Positions 36,580-50,746 of a DNA stretch of 64,000 nucleotides are shown in pieces. A program made the position numbers and the translations under genes. Position 1 is the stretch's first letter. Every line of letters starts with the position of its first letter. The stretch is from NCBI RefSeq assembly GCF_009914755.1, contig NC_060933.1; one strand, 5' to 3'. The notes beneath the pieces are model-generated. The model was not told the DNA's origin and searched no databases. It was given only the letters and a program-made list of their open reading frames with translations. The stretch comes from the human T2T-CHM13v2.0 reference genome, Homo sapiens.

Positions 36580-38162
36580 TGGTCTTCTATAGGTTATGTG
36601 TTGTTTTTCTCTGGCTGCTTTCAAGACTATTATTGATTTTCAGCAGTTTAGTAATTAGACGTGGTTTTCTTTGTGTTTGTCATCCTTGAGTTTCAGTGAG
36701 CCTTTTAAATCTATAAATGCATGTTTTTTACCAAATTAAATAAATTTTAAGCTAAATTTCTTTATATATTTTGTCCCTTTATATTTTCCTGTTGTGACTT
36801 CAATTATTCTTAATTACATACTTTTATATTGTTGCACAAGTCCTTGAGTCTCTGTTCATTTTCCCCATTGACAGAGTAGGAGCATCACCATCTTGGACAA
36901 GCACTGCTATCTTAAAGTTCCTCTTGATCAAAAATAGCCCCAAAGGGCATCAGCCTAATGGCTAATGTCAGCATGACCATAAACCACAAATAACATCTCT
37001 GACAAGAAACATTCCAACCCTAAGATAAACCCCTCCCTGACCAGAGACATGCCAGCCCTGAGATAACCTCCCCTCTGGCCAGAGACATTCCAACCCCCGC
37101 AATAAACTTCTCCTCCACACAGAAACATTCCAAGCCTGTGGTAAGTTCTCTTGCCCTGAACCTTTAAATACTCTTAGTCTGTAAGAGAGAATGCTCCTGA
37201 CCAAAATCAGCTAGAAGTCCCTCTCTGGTTTATTCTCCAAAATAAACCTGTTTTTGACTGTTGAGTGACTTTTCATGTTTTTTTCCTCTTTCTTTAACTC
37301 TTACACCCAATTTATTATCTCTGTTATTCAGTGTAGGTTATTCCTATTGATCTATTTTTAATTTTGTTCACTGTATCTTTGGTCATCTCCAATATGTTGT
37401 TAATTTTTATTTCAGATATTGTATTTTTTAGTTTTTAATTCTCGTTTGTTCTTTTATAGTTTCTATTTCTTTGCTGAAGTTCACTATCTTTTCATTCATT
37501 ATCAATATATTTCCATAGGTCTTTGAAGATAATTACAACAGCTGGTTTAAAATCGGTGCTGTAATTCCAACATCTTCAACACCTTCAGTTTTGCCTCCAT
37601 TGATTGTTTTTCTCTTGAGTGTGGCATTTTTAGAAATTTCTAGTTTCTTAGAAATCTGAGTACTTTGGATTTATATTCTAGATATTGTGAATTACATATT
37701 GCAGAGATTCTGGATTCTATTATATTCTTTTGTTTGTAGTCTTATCCATGTATTTTGGTTAGACTTAAGCCAGATATTTAGGTATAACATAGTGTTTCTA
37801 CCTTATCTCTCATTTTGGAGATAGCCTCACAACCCTACCCTTCTTCTGATTGTAAAATATTCTGCCTCTGCCCTCTGGTTCATCACTCCAATAAGAAAGT
37901 TTCCTCACTTCCATATTTTAGCTGCATCAGGATCTACCTTCAGGCTAAAAGTGGTGAAACCAGGGTGCCTACTCAGTACTGTTCCTTTCTAGAAAGTGTT
38001 GTCACCTTCAACATCTACCTGCTTTTGGTCAGTCTCTGATAACTTCAAATAGTTTTTTGTTTGTTTGTTTGTTTGTTTTAGAGTATCTCCTGTTGTTTAC
38101 AATTATCTGTGTAAAAATTGGTTCAATAAGAGCTAATCAGCCATTAGCAAAGGAGGAATCCA
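36580..38162 (-). mobile_element. Old L1ME-type 5' portion (ORF1/5' UTR), interrupted by an LTR
   Basis: TTTTTCTCTGGCTGCTTTCAAGA..TTTTCAGCAGTTT; TTGCACAAGTCCTTGAGTCTCTGTTCATTTT. Confidence 0.65.
36869..37305 (+). mobile_element. ERV solo LTR (LTR19-like) with internal ~38-bp tandem repeat
   Basis: TGACAGAGTAGGAGCATCACCATCTTGGACAAG...AATAAA...TTTAACTCTTACA; flanks CCCAT/CCCAA; subfamily name less certain than LTR status. Confidence 0.8.
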
Positions 38163-38169
38163 AGAACAT

Positions 38170-39820
38170 CGATATTAGATGCTTCTTATTTTGTCCTGTG
38201 AGAATTTCAAGCTTTAATTACATCACACATGTTCTGTTTTGGCAGGTTTTTATATTCATTCCATTCAAAATATTTTCTAATATGTCTTGTTATTGCTTCT
38301 TGACACATCTTTGTAAGTTATTTAGAAGTATTTTGTTTAATTTTCAAATATTTGGAGATTTTCCAAATATCTTCATTTTTTTTTTCAAATTTAATTTCAC
38401 TGGAGTCAGGTAACCCTCTCTGATTTTAATATATTTAAATTTATTCCCAGTATGGCCCTTCTTAATAAATATTCTATGTTCCTATGTTCAGTTAATAGAA
38501 TGCATAAATTGTTGTTCTTAGGCATAATACTCTAAAATACCAATTTAGTTAGTAGTGTTGCTCAAGTCTTCAATATTCCTAATATTTCAAAAAATTAAGA
38601 GGTGTGTTAAAATCTCATAATTATGAATTTATCTATTTTTCAAGTCCTTCAATTTTTTTAAATGAATATCTTTTGAACCTCTCATATAAAATGCATATAT
38701 TTCAGTATTATTTTTCCCTTTTTTATTTTGAAATGTTTCTGATAATATTCTTTGTACTGAAGTACTTTGATATTATCATAACCACCTCAGTTTTTGTTGT
38801 TTTTTAATATTGTTTACAGGGTATCTTTTTCCATCCTTTAGATTTTAACTTATCTATACCTCTCCCTAGAGAGTGTATAGCTATAAACAGCATTAACAGT
38901 TGACCCCTAAACAACATGAGATTGAACTGTGGAGGTCCGCTTGTAAGTGAATATTTTTTCAACCAAATGCGGGTCTAAAACACAGTATTTATGGGACAAG
39001 AAATCCATACATAGGTAGGGCAGACTTTTTGTATACATGGTTCCACAGGGCCTACTGTAGGACTTAAGTATGGGTGGATTTTGGTATATGCAAAAATCCT
39101 GGAACCAATCCCCACATATACCAAGGGATGGTTGTAGTTGGGTTGTTTTTTTTTTTTTATTTAATGATAATCTCTGCCTTTTAAAGGACAAATTTAGATA
39201 ATTCACATGTAATTTATCAATAAGTTTAGATTTAAGCATTTCATTTTGTTGTTGGTTTTTCTATTTTCCCTATCTCTATGTGCTCCTTTTTTTGTCTTTC
39301 TCAGCTTCATTTGGGCTGAGAAATTTTTTAGTTTTCCATTTTATCTCCACTATTGGCACTAGTGGAAGCTGTAAGGACTTACAAAATTTATCTTTGACTC
39401 ATCACAGTCTACCTTTAAATAATATTATAAAACTTAATGAAAAATATAAGACTTTTGGTACAGTATACTTTTTTTCTATTCCATTCATTGTGTTACTGTT
39501 GTCATATATTTTACTTCTTCATGTATTATAATCATCAAGTAAATAGCTATTACCTTTGCTTTAAACAAATAAGTATCTTTGGAAGAAGCGAATAAAATAA
39601 TTTATATTTATATATATATTTACCGTTTATACTTACCACTTACATTTACCATGAATAAACATTAAATGCTTTTCATTCTTCTGTGTAAGCCCGGATGTCC
39701 ATTTATTATCATTTTTATTTTGCCTGAAAAACTTTCCACAACATTTCTTGCAGTGCAGTTCTCCAGAAGAGAATTAGCTCAGCTTTTATTTATTTTAAAA
39801 CATCTGTATTTTCTATTGGG
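38170..39820 (-). mobile_element. Old L1ME ORF2-EN/inter-ORF fragments
   Basis: TTATTTAGAAGTATTTTGTTTAATTTTCAAATATTTGGAGATTTTCC; TGATAATCTCTGCCTTTTAA. Confidence 0.7.
38897..39134. mobile_element. MER8 (Tigger2-derived)
   Basis: CAGTTGACCCCTAAACAAC...CCTGGAACCAATCCCC..TATACCAAGGGATGGTTG|TA, about 240 bp. Confidence 0.88.
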
Positions 39821-39824
39821 GGAG

Positions 39825-41620
39825 CTAGCTTTATTGAAGTATAATTTATATGCAATAAAATTCACCAATTTTAATTGCATAGTTTGATGAGTTTTGACAA
39901 GTGTCTACAGTTGCATAACCACCACCACAAATGTCATAGACCATATTCCCGTCACTGAAAAAGTTCTTTTGTGCTCCTTTGTAGTCAATACTCTCTTCCC
40001 GTCTGCTTTCCCCGGCAACAATTAATCTTCTTTTCATCACTCAAATTTTATCTTTCCTAGTTTGTCATATAAATGGAATAATATAATATCTAGTCTTTTG
40101 TACTTGGATTTCTTTACTTAACATAATGCTTTGAAATTTATTTGCTATATTGTATATGTCATTCCTTTATACCTTTACTTTTTTTTAACTGAGTTAATAA
40201 TGGACTATTATTTATTGTATGGATATGCCACATTTGTTTATCCATTAACCAATTGATGTAACATTTGACTTATTTCCAGTTTTTGACTATTACAAATGAA
40301 GTTCTTAAAAATTCAGGTACAAGATGTTGGGTAGATAAGCTTTTATATTTCTTGGACTTGTTTGGTCATATTTCTTGGAATTTGTAGTTTTATATATAAC
40401 TTAAGCTGTCATAATAGTTTTCAAAGTGGTAGAACCACTTTACACTCTGACCTACAATGTTTGTGAGTTCCTGTAGACCCACATTCTCGCAGATACTTGG
40501 TACTATCAGTCTTTTTAACCTTAGTCATTCTAACGATTATATAGTATTATTACATTGTGATTTCAATTTGCATTTCCCTAATGACTAATGCTGGTGAACA
40601 TATTTTTATGTACCTATTTATCATCTGTATATCTTTCTGTTGACGTGTCATTAAAATCTTTTGACTATTTTAAGTTTGCATATCTTAATATTGTATTGGA
40701 AAGATTCTTTATATGTTCTGGTTACATGTTCTTTTTGGGTTGTATGTTTTGTAAATATTTTCTCCCAGACTATGCACTGTTTTTAATTTTTATTTCTTTT
40801 TTTTTTTTAAGAAAAGGTCTTGCTCTGTTGCCCAGGCTGGAATGCCATGGCACGATCTCAGCTCCTTGCAGCCTTGACCTCCCAGGCTCAAGCAATCCTC
40901 CTGCCTCAGCCTCCTGAGGAAACTACAGGTGTGCACCACCACACCCGGCTAATTTTGTTCATTTTTTGTAGACGTGAGGTCTCAATATGTTGCCCAGACT
41001 TAATTTTTTTATCAGTGTATTTTTCAGGATAACGATTTCTAATGTTGTCATTTTTTTTGTATTTGTGGGTTTTTAAATCCAATTTACAAAATATTTACCC
41101 AACAGAAAGCAAATAAGATTCACTTGTTTTATTCTAAAAGTTTATAGTTTTCGCCTTTGTATTTAGATCTAAGACACATTTTCAGTAAGATTTGTGTATG
41201 ATCTGAGGTAAAGGTTGATATTCATTTTAAATTGTATGCATGTGCCTATCCCATATTTCCAGCACAGTTTGTTGAAAAGATTCTCTTTACCATCATTGAA
41301 TTGCCTTGGTAATTGTGTCAAAAGTCAGCTGGCTATATGTATGTGTTTCTATTTCTAGACTCCCTAGTCTATTTCATTCACTAATATGTCTACTTTTATG
41401 CCAATGCTACACTGCCGTGATTATTGACCTTTATAATACATTTTGACATTAAGTGGTGCAAATCCTCCAAATTCACTCTTTTTTTTTCAAAGTTATTTTT
41501 GCTATTCTAAGTTCTTTGCATTTCCACATGTATTTAGAATGTACTTTTCAGTTTCTGCAAATATCTTCTGGGAATTTGACTGAGATTGATTTAATCAGTA
41601 GAGTTTGTGGGATAAAGTAC
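39825..41620 (-). mobile_element. L1ME1/L1MB-type 3' portion
   Basis: AGCTTTATTGAAGTATAATTTA..AATAAAATTCACC..GATGAGTTTTGACAA..TAACCACCACCACAA terminus followed by ORF2 3' sequence. Confidence 0.85.
40791..41000 (-). mobile_element. AluJ, 5'-truncated
   Basis: GCAGCCTTGACCTCCCAGGCTCAAGCAATCCTCC (J diagnostic); right arm plus part of left arm. Confidence 0.88.
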
Positions 41621-41659
41621 ATTTTAACCTTGAATGCTGTAATCCATTTGACACTTCTT

Positions 41660-42270
41660 TTTAAGCCTTGTTAGGGCAGATGTAGAGTAGCCTTTACTCT
41701 AGGTTAGTTCAGCCCTGCTTCTAAAACCTTTTTGTGCCTCTCCTGAATACCTCAGTTATCTGACAAGATTCTTTCACTTTGAGTGTTTGGAACTCAAATG
41801 ACTCCCATGCCGCTGTGATCTCTGAATTTACTCAGTTTAGAGTGCCCCAGAATTTTTTTTTTTTAATCTTATATGTGCACAGTTTAATATGTAGCCAAAG
41901 ATTCAAAGGTATCCCTATGCAGATTATTGTTGCTCATTCACTGCCTGACTCCATTCTCTGTAGTACTCTGCTGTCCATATACTAGCCGGTTTAGGGAATT
42001 CCCAACACAATTTCGGTTTTCTCAATCCAGTGAGACAACTCTATTCTCCTTCGATTTATCTTCCCAGTGCCATAATCCAGAAAGTGCTTTCAGACAAAAG
42101 ATGGAGATCCCCATAGCTGTAACCTCTAGTTTTCTGGATTCAGGTATCACCATCCCATGCTGCCTCTTTTCTAATTTCTGAAAATGACTGTTTCACTTAT
42201 GTTGTCCAGTTTTCAACTTGTTTATAGCTTGAGGAACTGCCTGGTACCAGTTTCTCCAATATAGCCAGAA
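41660..42270 (-). mobile_element. L1ME-type 5' UTR
   Basis: TTTTAAGCCTTGTTAGGGCAGA..AGAGTAGCCTTTACTCTAGG; CAAAGATTCAAAGG..CCCTATGCAGATT. Confidence 0.65.
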
Positions 42271-42477
42271 TTTTAACCTGAAAATCTTTTTAAACAGAAT
42301 TTTCTTCTCTGCTTTTTACCCTTACAATAACACATACAAACATTGGTTTCCATGGTGGCTTTGTACAAGACTTATCTGCAGAGCATTTTTCTCATTTGCT
42401 CTGTTTCTAAAACATTTTTCTCATAGAAACAAATTATATTTAATCATATTCTTTATTTCATGTCACACCATCATCAC

Positions 42478-42865
42478 TCTGTTAGTCAGAGTGATTAGCA
42501 TGAGCTACTCTAACAAAACATCTCATTAGCTTAACAACCTAAATGATTAATTTTCACCCATGTCACAGACCATTGTAAGCCAAGTAGGCTCTACTTGGTG
42601 ACTTTTCTCTGACTGATGACTCAGGTATCCAGGATCTTTTCATCTTGTGATGCGGCTGAATGGACAAGAAAAGAAAGAAAGAATGACAGAGTGATCACAC
42701 ATAAGGTGTACTCATCAGGCCCAAAAGTATTGTGTTTCACTTCTACCACTCTCCATTGTCCAAAACTCACTCACGTGACTCCAGCATACTTGCACAGAGT
42801 CTATAATCTTCATTTGTGTCCAATAAAAGAATATGGTTTTGGTGAACTAGTCAGTCTTTACCACA
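42478..42865 (-). mobile_element. Old MLT1 (J/K/L-type) LTR
   Basis: TAGCTTAACAAC, TGACTCAGGTATCCAGG..CATCTTGTG, CACTTCTACCAC..CCATTGTCCAAAACT, TTTTGGTGAAC...TACCACA. Confidence 0.75.
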
Positions 42866-44036
42866 AATTTAAATTCATGCAAGATTTCTCTATGTTTTAT
42901 TTTATATCAGTCTTTATCTCTAATTCCCAGGCCCATTCTCAACCCATCATCACAATCACCTACTGTTATATTTATCTTGATATGAACTTTATTTAAAAAT
43001 TCAGAGTTGTTTATGTAGATATTTATACTTTAGAATAAATAGTTCATGCTGTGCCTAAGATTTTATTTTGCTTAACAATTTATATTTTTACACCTATTTC
43101 TGTGGTTATATATATCTTAACAGAATACTAGAAATTCTTAACAATTTTCATGACTTAGGATCAAAAGTAATTCTGAGATTGTGAGATTCTCATTCAGTTA
43201 TTACAGCGTGAGGTAGGAACACCCAACAGAAAAAGAAAAAGAAAAATCAAAGGAAGGCATTCAAACACTAAAACAAACAAAATTAAACAAAAATCATTAA
43301 AAGAAAACCCCAAAAATAAATTTAAAAAAAGGCTTCTAATCGTAACTATGATGCATAGCCCTGGCTGAGAACCACTGGTCTGTTTATCACACCTGAGTTA
43401 TGGGAAACTACATAAAGAATTGTTACTGTTATTTTGTAATCTCAAGGACCCCAAATTCTGCTGTTTTTTTTCCATTTGTATCTTTCTCTTCTCTAAATTA
43501 CTCTATAGATATATATCTGATCATGGTCAGAGATCAATACTTTATGTTGGAAATATAAAATGTATATTCTTAACACCTCCAGTGATGTTCTGACAATAAA
43601 AGTAAAACAAAGTGCTCATAAGCATAATTTTAGAATCATATACATTTATTGTTGAGAAATGTCTAGATATTTTCTTGTGCACACAATAAGTGCATACACA
43701 TACATCAAATATTCATATTCTTGTAAAAACAGGAACATAAAATCCTTATGCAAACTGAGAAACAAACCATGAAGACAGTTTATAAATGAGGATTTGTTTG
43801 AATCTTTTAAAAGTTAAAATTTTCATGAATATTTAGTTGATCCATTAACAAATTGGAGTTTCTTTTATTGCCAATCTTCTTATAAGGCATATAAAGGCTA
43901 GCCTCAAAAAGAGAAAGACATTATCAACAGACAGAATATTATTAGTTGGGTGATGTCAATGAGTCCTGAGTTCAAATCTTGAATAACAAACTAGAGAAAA
44001 TGTTCCAGATTTGGAATTCCTGACAACCCAGGGAAA

Positions 44037-44420
44037 CAATATGGTTTATATTTGGGTCTCCAACCCAATCTCATGTGGAATTGTAATCCCCAGTGTTGGA
44101 GGAGGGTCTGGTGGGAGGTGACTGGATCATGGGGGTGGATTTCTCCCCTACTGTTCTCACGATAGAGAGTGAGTTCTCATGAGATCTGATTGTTTAACAG
44201 GGTGCAGCACCTCGCCCTGCTCTCGCTTCTTCCTTCTCCAGCCATGTACGACATGCCTGCTTCCCCTTTGCCTTCTGCCATGATTATGTTTCCTGAGGCC
44301 TCCCCAGCCATGCTTCCTGTACAGCCTGCATAACTGTGAGTCAATTAAACCTCTTTTAAAAAAAAAAAATTACCCAATCTCAGATAGTTCTTTATAACAG
44401 TGTGAGAATGTACTAATACA
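44037..44420 (+). mobile_element. MSTA-type MaLR solo LTR
   Basis: ATATGGTTT...GGATCATGGGGGTGG...CCATGCTTCCTGTACAGCCTGCA...CTAATACA; perfect TSD GGAAA at 44032-44036 and 44421-44425. Confidence 0.93.
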
Positions 44421-44618
44421 GGAAACAAACAAGACAAAAGAACAACTGGGAAGGGATGGAATGTCCAAAAGTTTCTCCATCACATATGATGGCTGTAAGT
44501 ATGAAGGCTCTATTGTGTTAAGGAAATTGCTTCTATGCCTAGTGTTGAAATTTTGTGATCATAAAAGGTATTGAACTTCATAAATACATTTAGGACATCT
44601 ATCAACATACTGTACTGA

Positions 44619-44945
<327 letters not shown>

Positions 44946-46144
44946 ATAATTTTTTCTTTAGTGTAGTGATGCATTGCCTGATATTCTAATGATAATTCAT
45001 CCTTGAATATTTGGATTAAATATTTATGTAGTGTAATGTATTGTCATGTATTTTACATAGCAAGTACACTATAAAATTTATACTATTTTACTAATTTTAC
45101 CTTTACTTTAGTCCAGTTTCTTCAGACTACCTTTATATTGCTGGACTGAATTTATTGTAGAGGCCACCTCAAATCATTTTTTCAGAATCAGGTGGGGTGT
45201 AAATAATCATATACTTTCAGCACTGAAATATAAACAGAAGAGAAATACTGATCATTGTGCTTGTCTCATTCAGATGATAGTTAATAATTGCATCCACATG
45301 ATATATTACTATCACTATATCAAACAGTGATTCTCAACCATTCCTTGGGGCATGCTTCCCTATCCTGCTGATGTGACTGATGAATACATATTAAGCATGT
45401 GAAAGGCAAGCAGGCATCAAACAAAGTTCAAAAGCTTTGCCATAAAAAGAATTGCTCTTCAGTATAGATTGGAGTGTCAGGAAGACTTCCTTATTTAGTC
45501 CAAAGGAGGTGGAAGTTAACTGGCTAAGCTCTTCAGTTCTCTCTAATGATATATGCAATGGAGTTTGCTTCAGATTTAGCTTCTAAAGCTATCTATTCAA
45601 ATATCAAATAATCAGAGAAACACAAAAGAAACATCCCAGGTACCAAGCTATATTTTGTACTTTTATACACATATATTTCTGCCAATGAAGGCCTAGGCTA
45701 TATTTCTTCAATTTATGAAAAGGGATAGAATAAGCCTTGGGAACATAAATTATAACATCAGAATCAGACAGTAGCAATACTATCAAGCTAAAAGGTTGAG
45801 GATTAATCTTAATTGAGAATATCTTCTGCCCTTCTACTGCTGGGGCCTCCAACTCTTCATCTAATATCTTGAGCACAAAACCACTGGGTGCATAACATCA
45901 AGTAAATTTGGTTATTATATAATTTTTGTATTTTTAAATGGCTGTTAACCAGGAAAATACTTCCCTAGCCTATCTGTAAATCTTAATACAGATTACATTT
46001 TTGGCCTGGGGGTGAGGAAAATGATTGGCTCAACTGACTCAAGAGTAGTATCAGTTTTTTATGACAATATCCATAGACTTTGTGTGTGTGTGTGTGTATG
46101 TGTATGTTTCAGGGCAGTGTCTAATTAAATTATTCTATACTTTT

Positions 46145-46566
46145 TGTTATGGGTTGCATACTATCCCTCAAAATATGATTGTATAATTCCTAGTACCCTC
46201 AGATTGTGACATTATTTGGAGACTGGGTCTTTATAGAGGTAATCAAATTAAAATGAGATCATTAGAGTGGTCCCTAATCCAATATAACTACTGTCTTTAT
46301 GTAAAGGGGCAACTTAGACAGATACAGACGCACATAGAAGAAACATGATGTGACGACTAGACAAACATAGAAAGTAGACGACTATCTATAAACCCATAAA
46401 AGAGACCTGGAATAGATTATTTACTCACGGCCTTCAGAAGAAATCAATCCTGATGACACAGTGATTTCAGACTTCTAGCTTTCAAAATTGTGAATCAATA
46501 AACTTCTAATTTTTCAGCTGTACAATTTGTGGCATTTTGTTATGGTAATCTGAGCAAACTAATACA
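46145..46566 (+). mobile_element. MLT1B-type LTR
   Basis: TGTTATGGGTTG...GAGGTAATCAAATTAAAATGAG...CCCTAATCCAATA...GCAAACTAATACA. Confidence 0.88.
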
Positions 46567-46675
46567 GCCTCATGTTAACACAAAATGGGGTTATTAAACA
46601 GTACAGTACAGTAGAGAAAGTCGAAAGTGAGTCCATCCAGTCCTTCCTATTCTTTTTTAATACCAGAAAAATGGT

Positions 46676-46962
46676 CTTTTTCCCTTCCCTTCCTTTCCCT
46701 TGCCTTCCCTTCCCTTCCCTTCCCTCCCCTCCCCTCCCCTCCCCTCCTCTCCCCACTCCCCTCCTCTCCCCCCTCCCCTCCCCTCCCCTGCCCCCACCCC
46801 TCCCCTCCCTCCCCTACTCTCCCTTCCCCTCCCTTCCTTTGCCTTCCCTTTCTTTCTTTTCTCTCTTTCTCTTTTTTTTTGCTTCCTCTCTTTCTCTTTC
46901 TCTCTCTCTTTCTTTCATCTTTCCGTCCCTTCCTCCCTCCCTCCCCCTCTCTTTTTTTTTCT
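46676..46962. repeat. (TTCCC)n/(CCCCT)n/CT-rich polypyrimidine tract
   Basis: About 285 bp almost exclusively C/T on the plus strand. Confidence 0.97.
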
Positions 46963-47149
46963 TATGCAAGCCCCTGATGTGTTTCTTAGGGAAAGTTACT
47001 AATGCCAATTGTTCCCATGTTCCTGTGTCCATCTTATACGTGTTTTCTCCCACCTTAGGGGTTCTATGTACTTTTAACAGGAAAACACCTTTTATTGTAA
47101 CTAGGTCTTTTTGGTTTTGTTTTAACTGGGTCCTGGCTAGAATCTTGGT

Positions 47150-47270
47150 TCCTCAAGTCAAGGGCCATAACTAATTCATTTTAATATTCCTGTACCAGGT
47201 AGGAAGAGTGCATGAAATATAGTGGCTAGTAAATACTGCTCAATGAATACATAAATAATTAAATAAATAC
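47150..47270 (+). mobile_element. L2 3' end
   Basis: TCAAGGGCCAT..ATTCATTTT..ATTCC...AGTAAATACTGCTCAATGAAT. Confidence 0.55.
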
Positions 47271-50200
47271 CTTAATTCATATTAACTGTTTCTATTGTTA
47301 AGCCTTGAGGTCCTGTTTGTGTCCATTATAATTTAACAGATATTTTTGTTGTTTTCCTATTTTTCTGATGTATTTAGATCCTACTATTTTCTTATTATTT
47401 TTAGAAATTATTCTGTTCATTAGATATTGATATGTGTGCACGGATGGGGAGGTGTTCATGTTAAAGTGCATACTCGAGAAATTTTTATACGAGATAATAT
47501 AATTCTTTTAGCCTTATAGTGTATTACGTAGGCTAATTTTTCTCACATATCTTTACTCATTCATGTATTGGTTTTATTACCATTTGACTTGTTCCTATTG
47601 TCTAAGACCTTTATTGTGTATGTTACCAAGGTTTCTGTATCTCTGAAGATATCAACATTCATTTTCAAACTCACCTATCTACTTATTTTAGTTAGGACCT
47701 CTGGTGAATGTACGTTTTCAAGGGATCGATCTGAAATGTACAGAAATACACTTTTAATGTTCTCTCAGAATCCTAAGTGGAAATACAAAAATAGTAAAAG
47801 TCTCAAATTAATTAAAACTGTATAAATAACTACTCCAGTGTTACCTGCTGGATACAAATTAAGAAGAGTAAATGAATAATTTAAATAATTGTTCAGGCTA
47901 TTAGGTGGGCAAAAACCCAATGGTTATGGCATCAAGCATACATGCAGAAAGCTAAGATCTTTATTTTGTTATTACTCAGAATAAATCAATATTTTTGTGG
48001 ATAATTACCAGTTTAGGGCCAAATAATATCCTAAACTTAGGCTTTCTGTAAAGAACATTAAATGAACTGAGAACGCATACATCTTTAGCATTTGTTTTTG
48101 AAAGTGTGACAATTTGCTATAGTTTTGGTCCCTAAAAGACACCTGTATGAGCTTAGTGCTATTTTATATTAATTTGAAGATTGGTATGGTTTTACTGTCT
48201 GTGCTTGAAGGTTATTTTTATTGCTCAGGTATTATTTTGACATCTACAAATGCCCAAGATTTTGAGGAAAGCAAATTTGCACAATCTGTTTGGGAAAAAA
48301 AATAGATCCACTAACATATGAAGCAAATTCTTAACTTCATTTTTTTCAAGTCACTTCACAGATTTGTGCCTTGAGTTTTTAATTTGCCTCTTTAAAATAC
48401 TGATATTGCTTCTTATCTGCCATCTTCACAAGGTCGTTCTAAGATTCATGCAAGATGGGCATTTCCACTTTGAAAAATGTACATCTTAAAATTAAGAACT
48501 TCAATGCTAAAGAGTACTCTAACACTTTCAAGAGTTGATATAATTAAACCGAGTGCTAAATTTTCAAATTCATGGCAATATCCATACAAAGAATAAGTAC
48601 AATGCAGACTGTACAGTGCTGACTTTTTACAGGGCAACTGGAAGGAGAAGTAGCAATTTTCTATGTTACTAGAGGTTTCCATTTTATTTCAACATATTAA
48701 AATTAATCAGTACCTATATATTGTTTTAGTTGAATTTTTCTTGGTGTTTCTTTAGTTTGGAGAAATTTCTGTCTTATCTCCAATGAGCTGTTTGTTTGTT
48801 TGTAATTTGGGAAATGGCTTTTCATCAATTTTATGAATAGTCTAGGAAACAAAGATTATTTTTCTGAGTGGAATATAATGTACTTAGTAATATTTGTTTT
48901 CAAAAATGCATTTTAGCTAAATCATATGCACCTTACCATTTAAGATTCATGGTTCAAAGAGTGATAAAGCTAGTTCAGGCAACATTAATGAATACATGAG
49001 TCATTCAAATGTATATCTACATGTACTATGTGGAAAGATATATATAGAGAGGGATGCAACTTATATGTGTACATGTCCAGAGACTTCCACTTGTTAATGT
49101 AGTGTCAAAAAAGTGTCTAAAAAAAAAAAGTAAAGTTGCTTTGTTGAAATGTATTCTTAAAACTACACTGATCATTCATGACTAATAATATAAAGCCTAG
49201 TGACTTCATCTTGTCATCTTGCAGAGCCATGGAGATATTGAACTTGCATAGATTTTTATCATTTGACTGTCTTTGCCTGCTAGTCTTCTATCATTTTTTG
49301 GCATGAATAGCTAAATGTGCACCTCTCTTTCCCTGAGTTATACCTTTGAGGGCACATTACTGGGCTCTCTGGTGTATGTAAAAGGCATCTAATGCAAAGA
49401 CTGCTCTCAGAATGTTAAAAAGAATCTGCTACTTCAATAAAAATATTCTATATCCTTTCCCTTTTCTTTCCCTTGAGATTAAGGGAGTAACATGGTGTAA
49501 TGGAAGGAGCATGAAATATATATATATATATATATACCTTTAAATTTGAATATCAATTTATTATTTATCTGTCTGTATAGATGGAAATTATAATACCTGT
49601 CTGAGATCACAAGCAATCTGATCGATCCAGAATTCCTATTTGCAACATGTATTATCTTCCGACAGAAAATGATCCTGGCTTGATGAAGTCAGTGCAGTGA
49701 CTTACCACTTATGTCTTAGCTAAAGAGGTAAATCCATGATCTTCCAGCTCAAAATATATACTGACTATCTGCTTTTGAATATCTGAGATTTTACCGTAAG
49801 AGCAATGCATACTCATAGAACTTGAAAACTTCAGATCTCTTTCATATTCTGTGTTCTTTTAATTATACAAATCTCTAAGGAATTTAGTTATGAGTCATTA
49901 ACACTTTAGTAAAAATTTACTCAGTAAGCATTTAATGGATAACTCTTACATACCAGGCACCATGTGACACAAATGGTATCTTGGAAATAGATTTCTTAAA
50001 GTCTTCATTTTTTTAAAGCTATTTAGGTTTGAGATAGATATCAAAAATGAGAAAACAGGATAAAGAGCAGGGTTTTTTTATACAGATCTTGTAAGCAGTA
50101 CTGTCCACCTTTCACAACTGTTGATCAGCAGGTAAACTTTGCCAATGAATTTCTAAACCATCAAAACAAACTCCATTCTGCAAGTCGGCTATTCTCTCAC

Positions 50201-50746
50201 ATCCTATCCACAAACTCTATTACCATTTATTCTTTTTAAATCTATGTTTTGTTTTTCTAATTTGATGCACATCATTAACTTCCCACTTATGACTTTGACT
50301 TTTTATTGACTAATTTTGCTACCTGATAGGCAGCACCTCCCCACATCACTTGGAAAAAAACCCTTCTACGTCTAACCTTACATTTGAAAACTTAGACTTA
50401 CTAAACCTCTTCTCTACTCTGAATACACAGGTACCATTGACACTGCCTATAGAAAGCTACAGAACTGGGATCCTGGGGTGGCTAGGTTTAGAATTTTCAG
50501 GGAAGGTGACTTGGTCTGCCTCACTTTGCCATCATCACAAAGCTGTACCATAGGGAACTCAAGGGCACCATCTCGTACCCAAGATAAGGAGACTATGGCA
50601 TTTATATTACAGTTCTCAGTATTATATTGCCTTTTATAACAAATAGATTTCAGAACACTCGAGAAACTGGATTTCATACACGACAGGCCTTTTGACTCCG
50701 AAATTCAAATATAAAAATGAAATCTGTTGGTAAGAAAGATAATACT

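Noticed and set aside
46572-47174. Longest ORF (200 aa, Pro/Ser/Leu-rich) and overlapping ORFs
   Set aside because: Produced by the stop-free C/T simple repeat; no domain-like content
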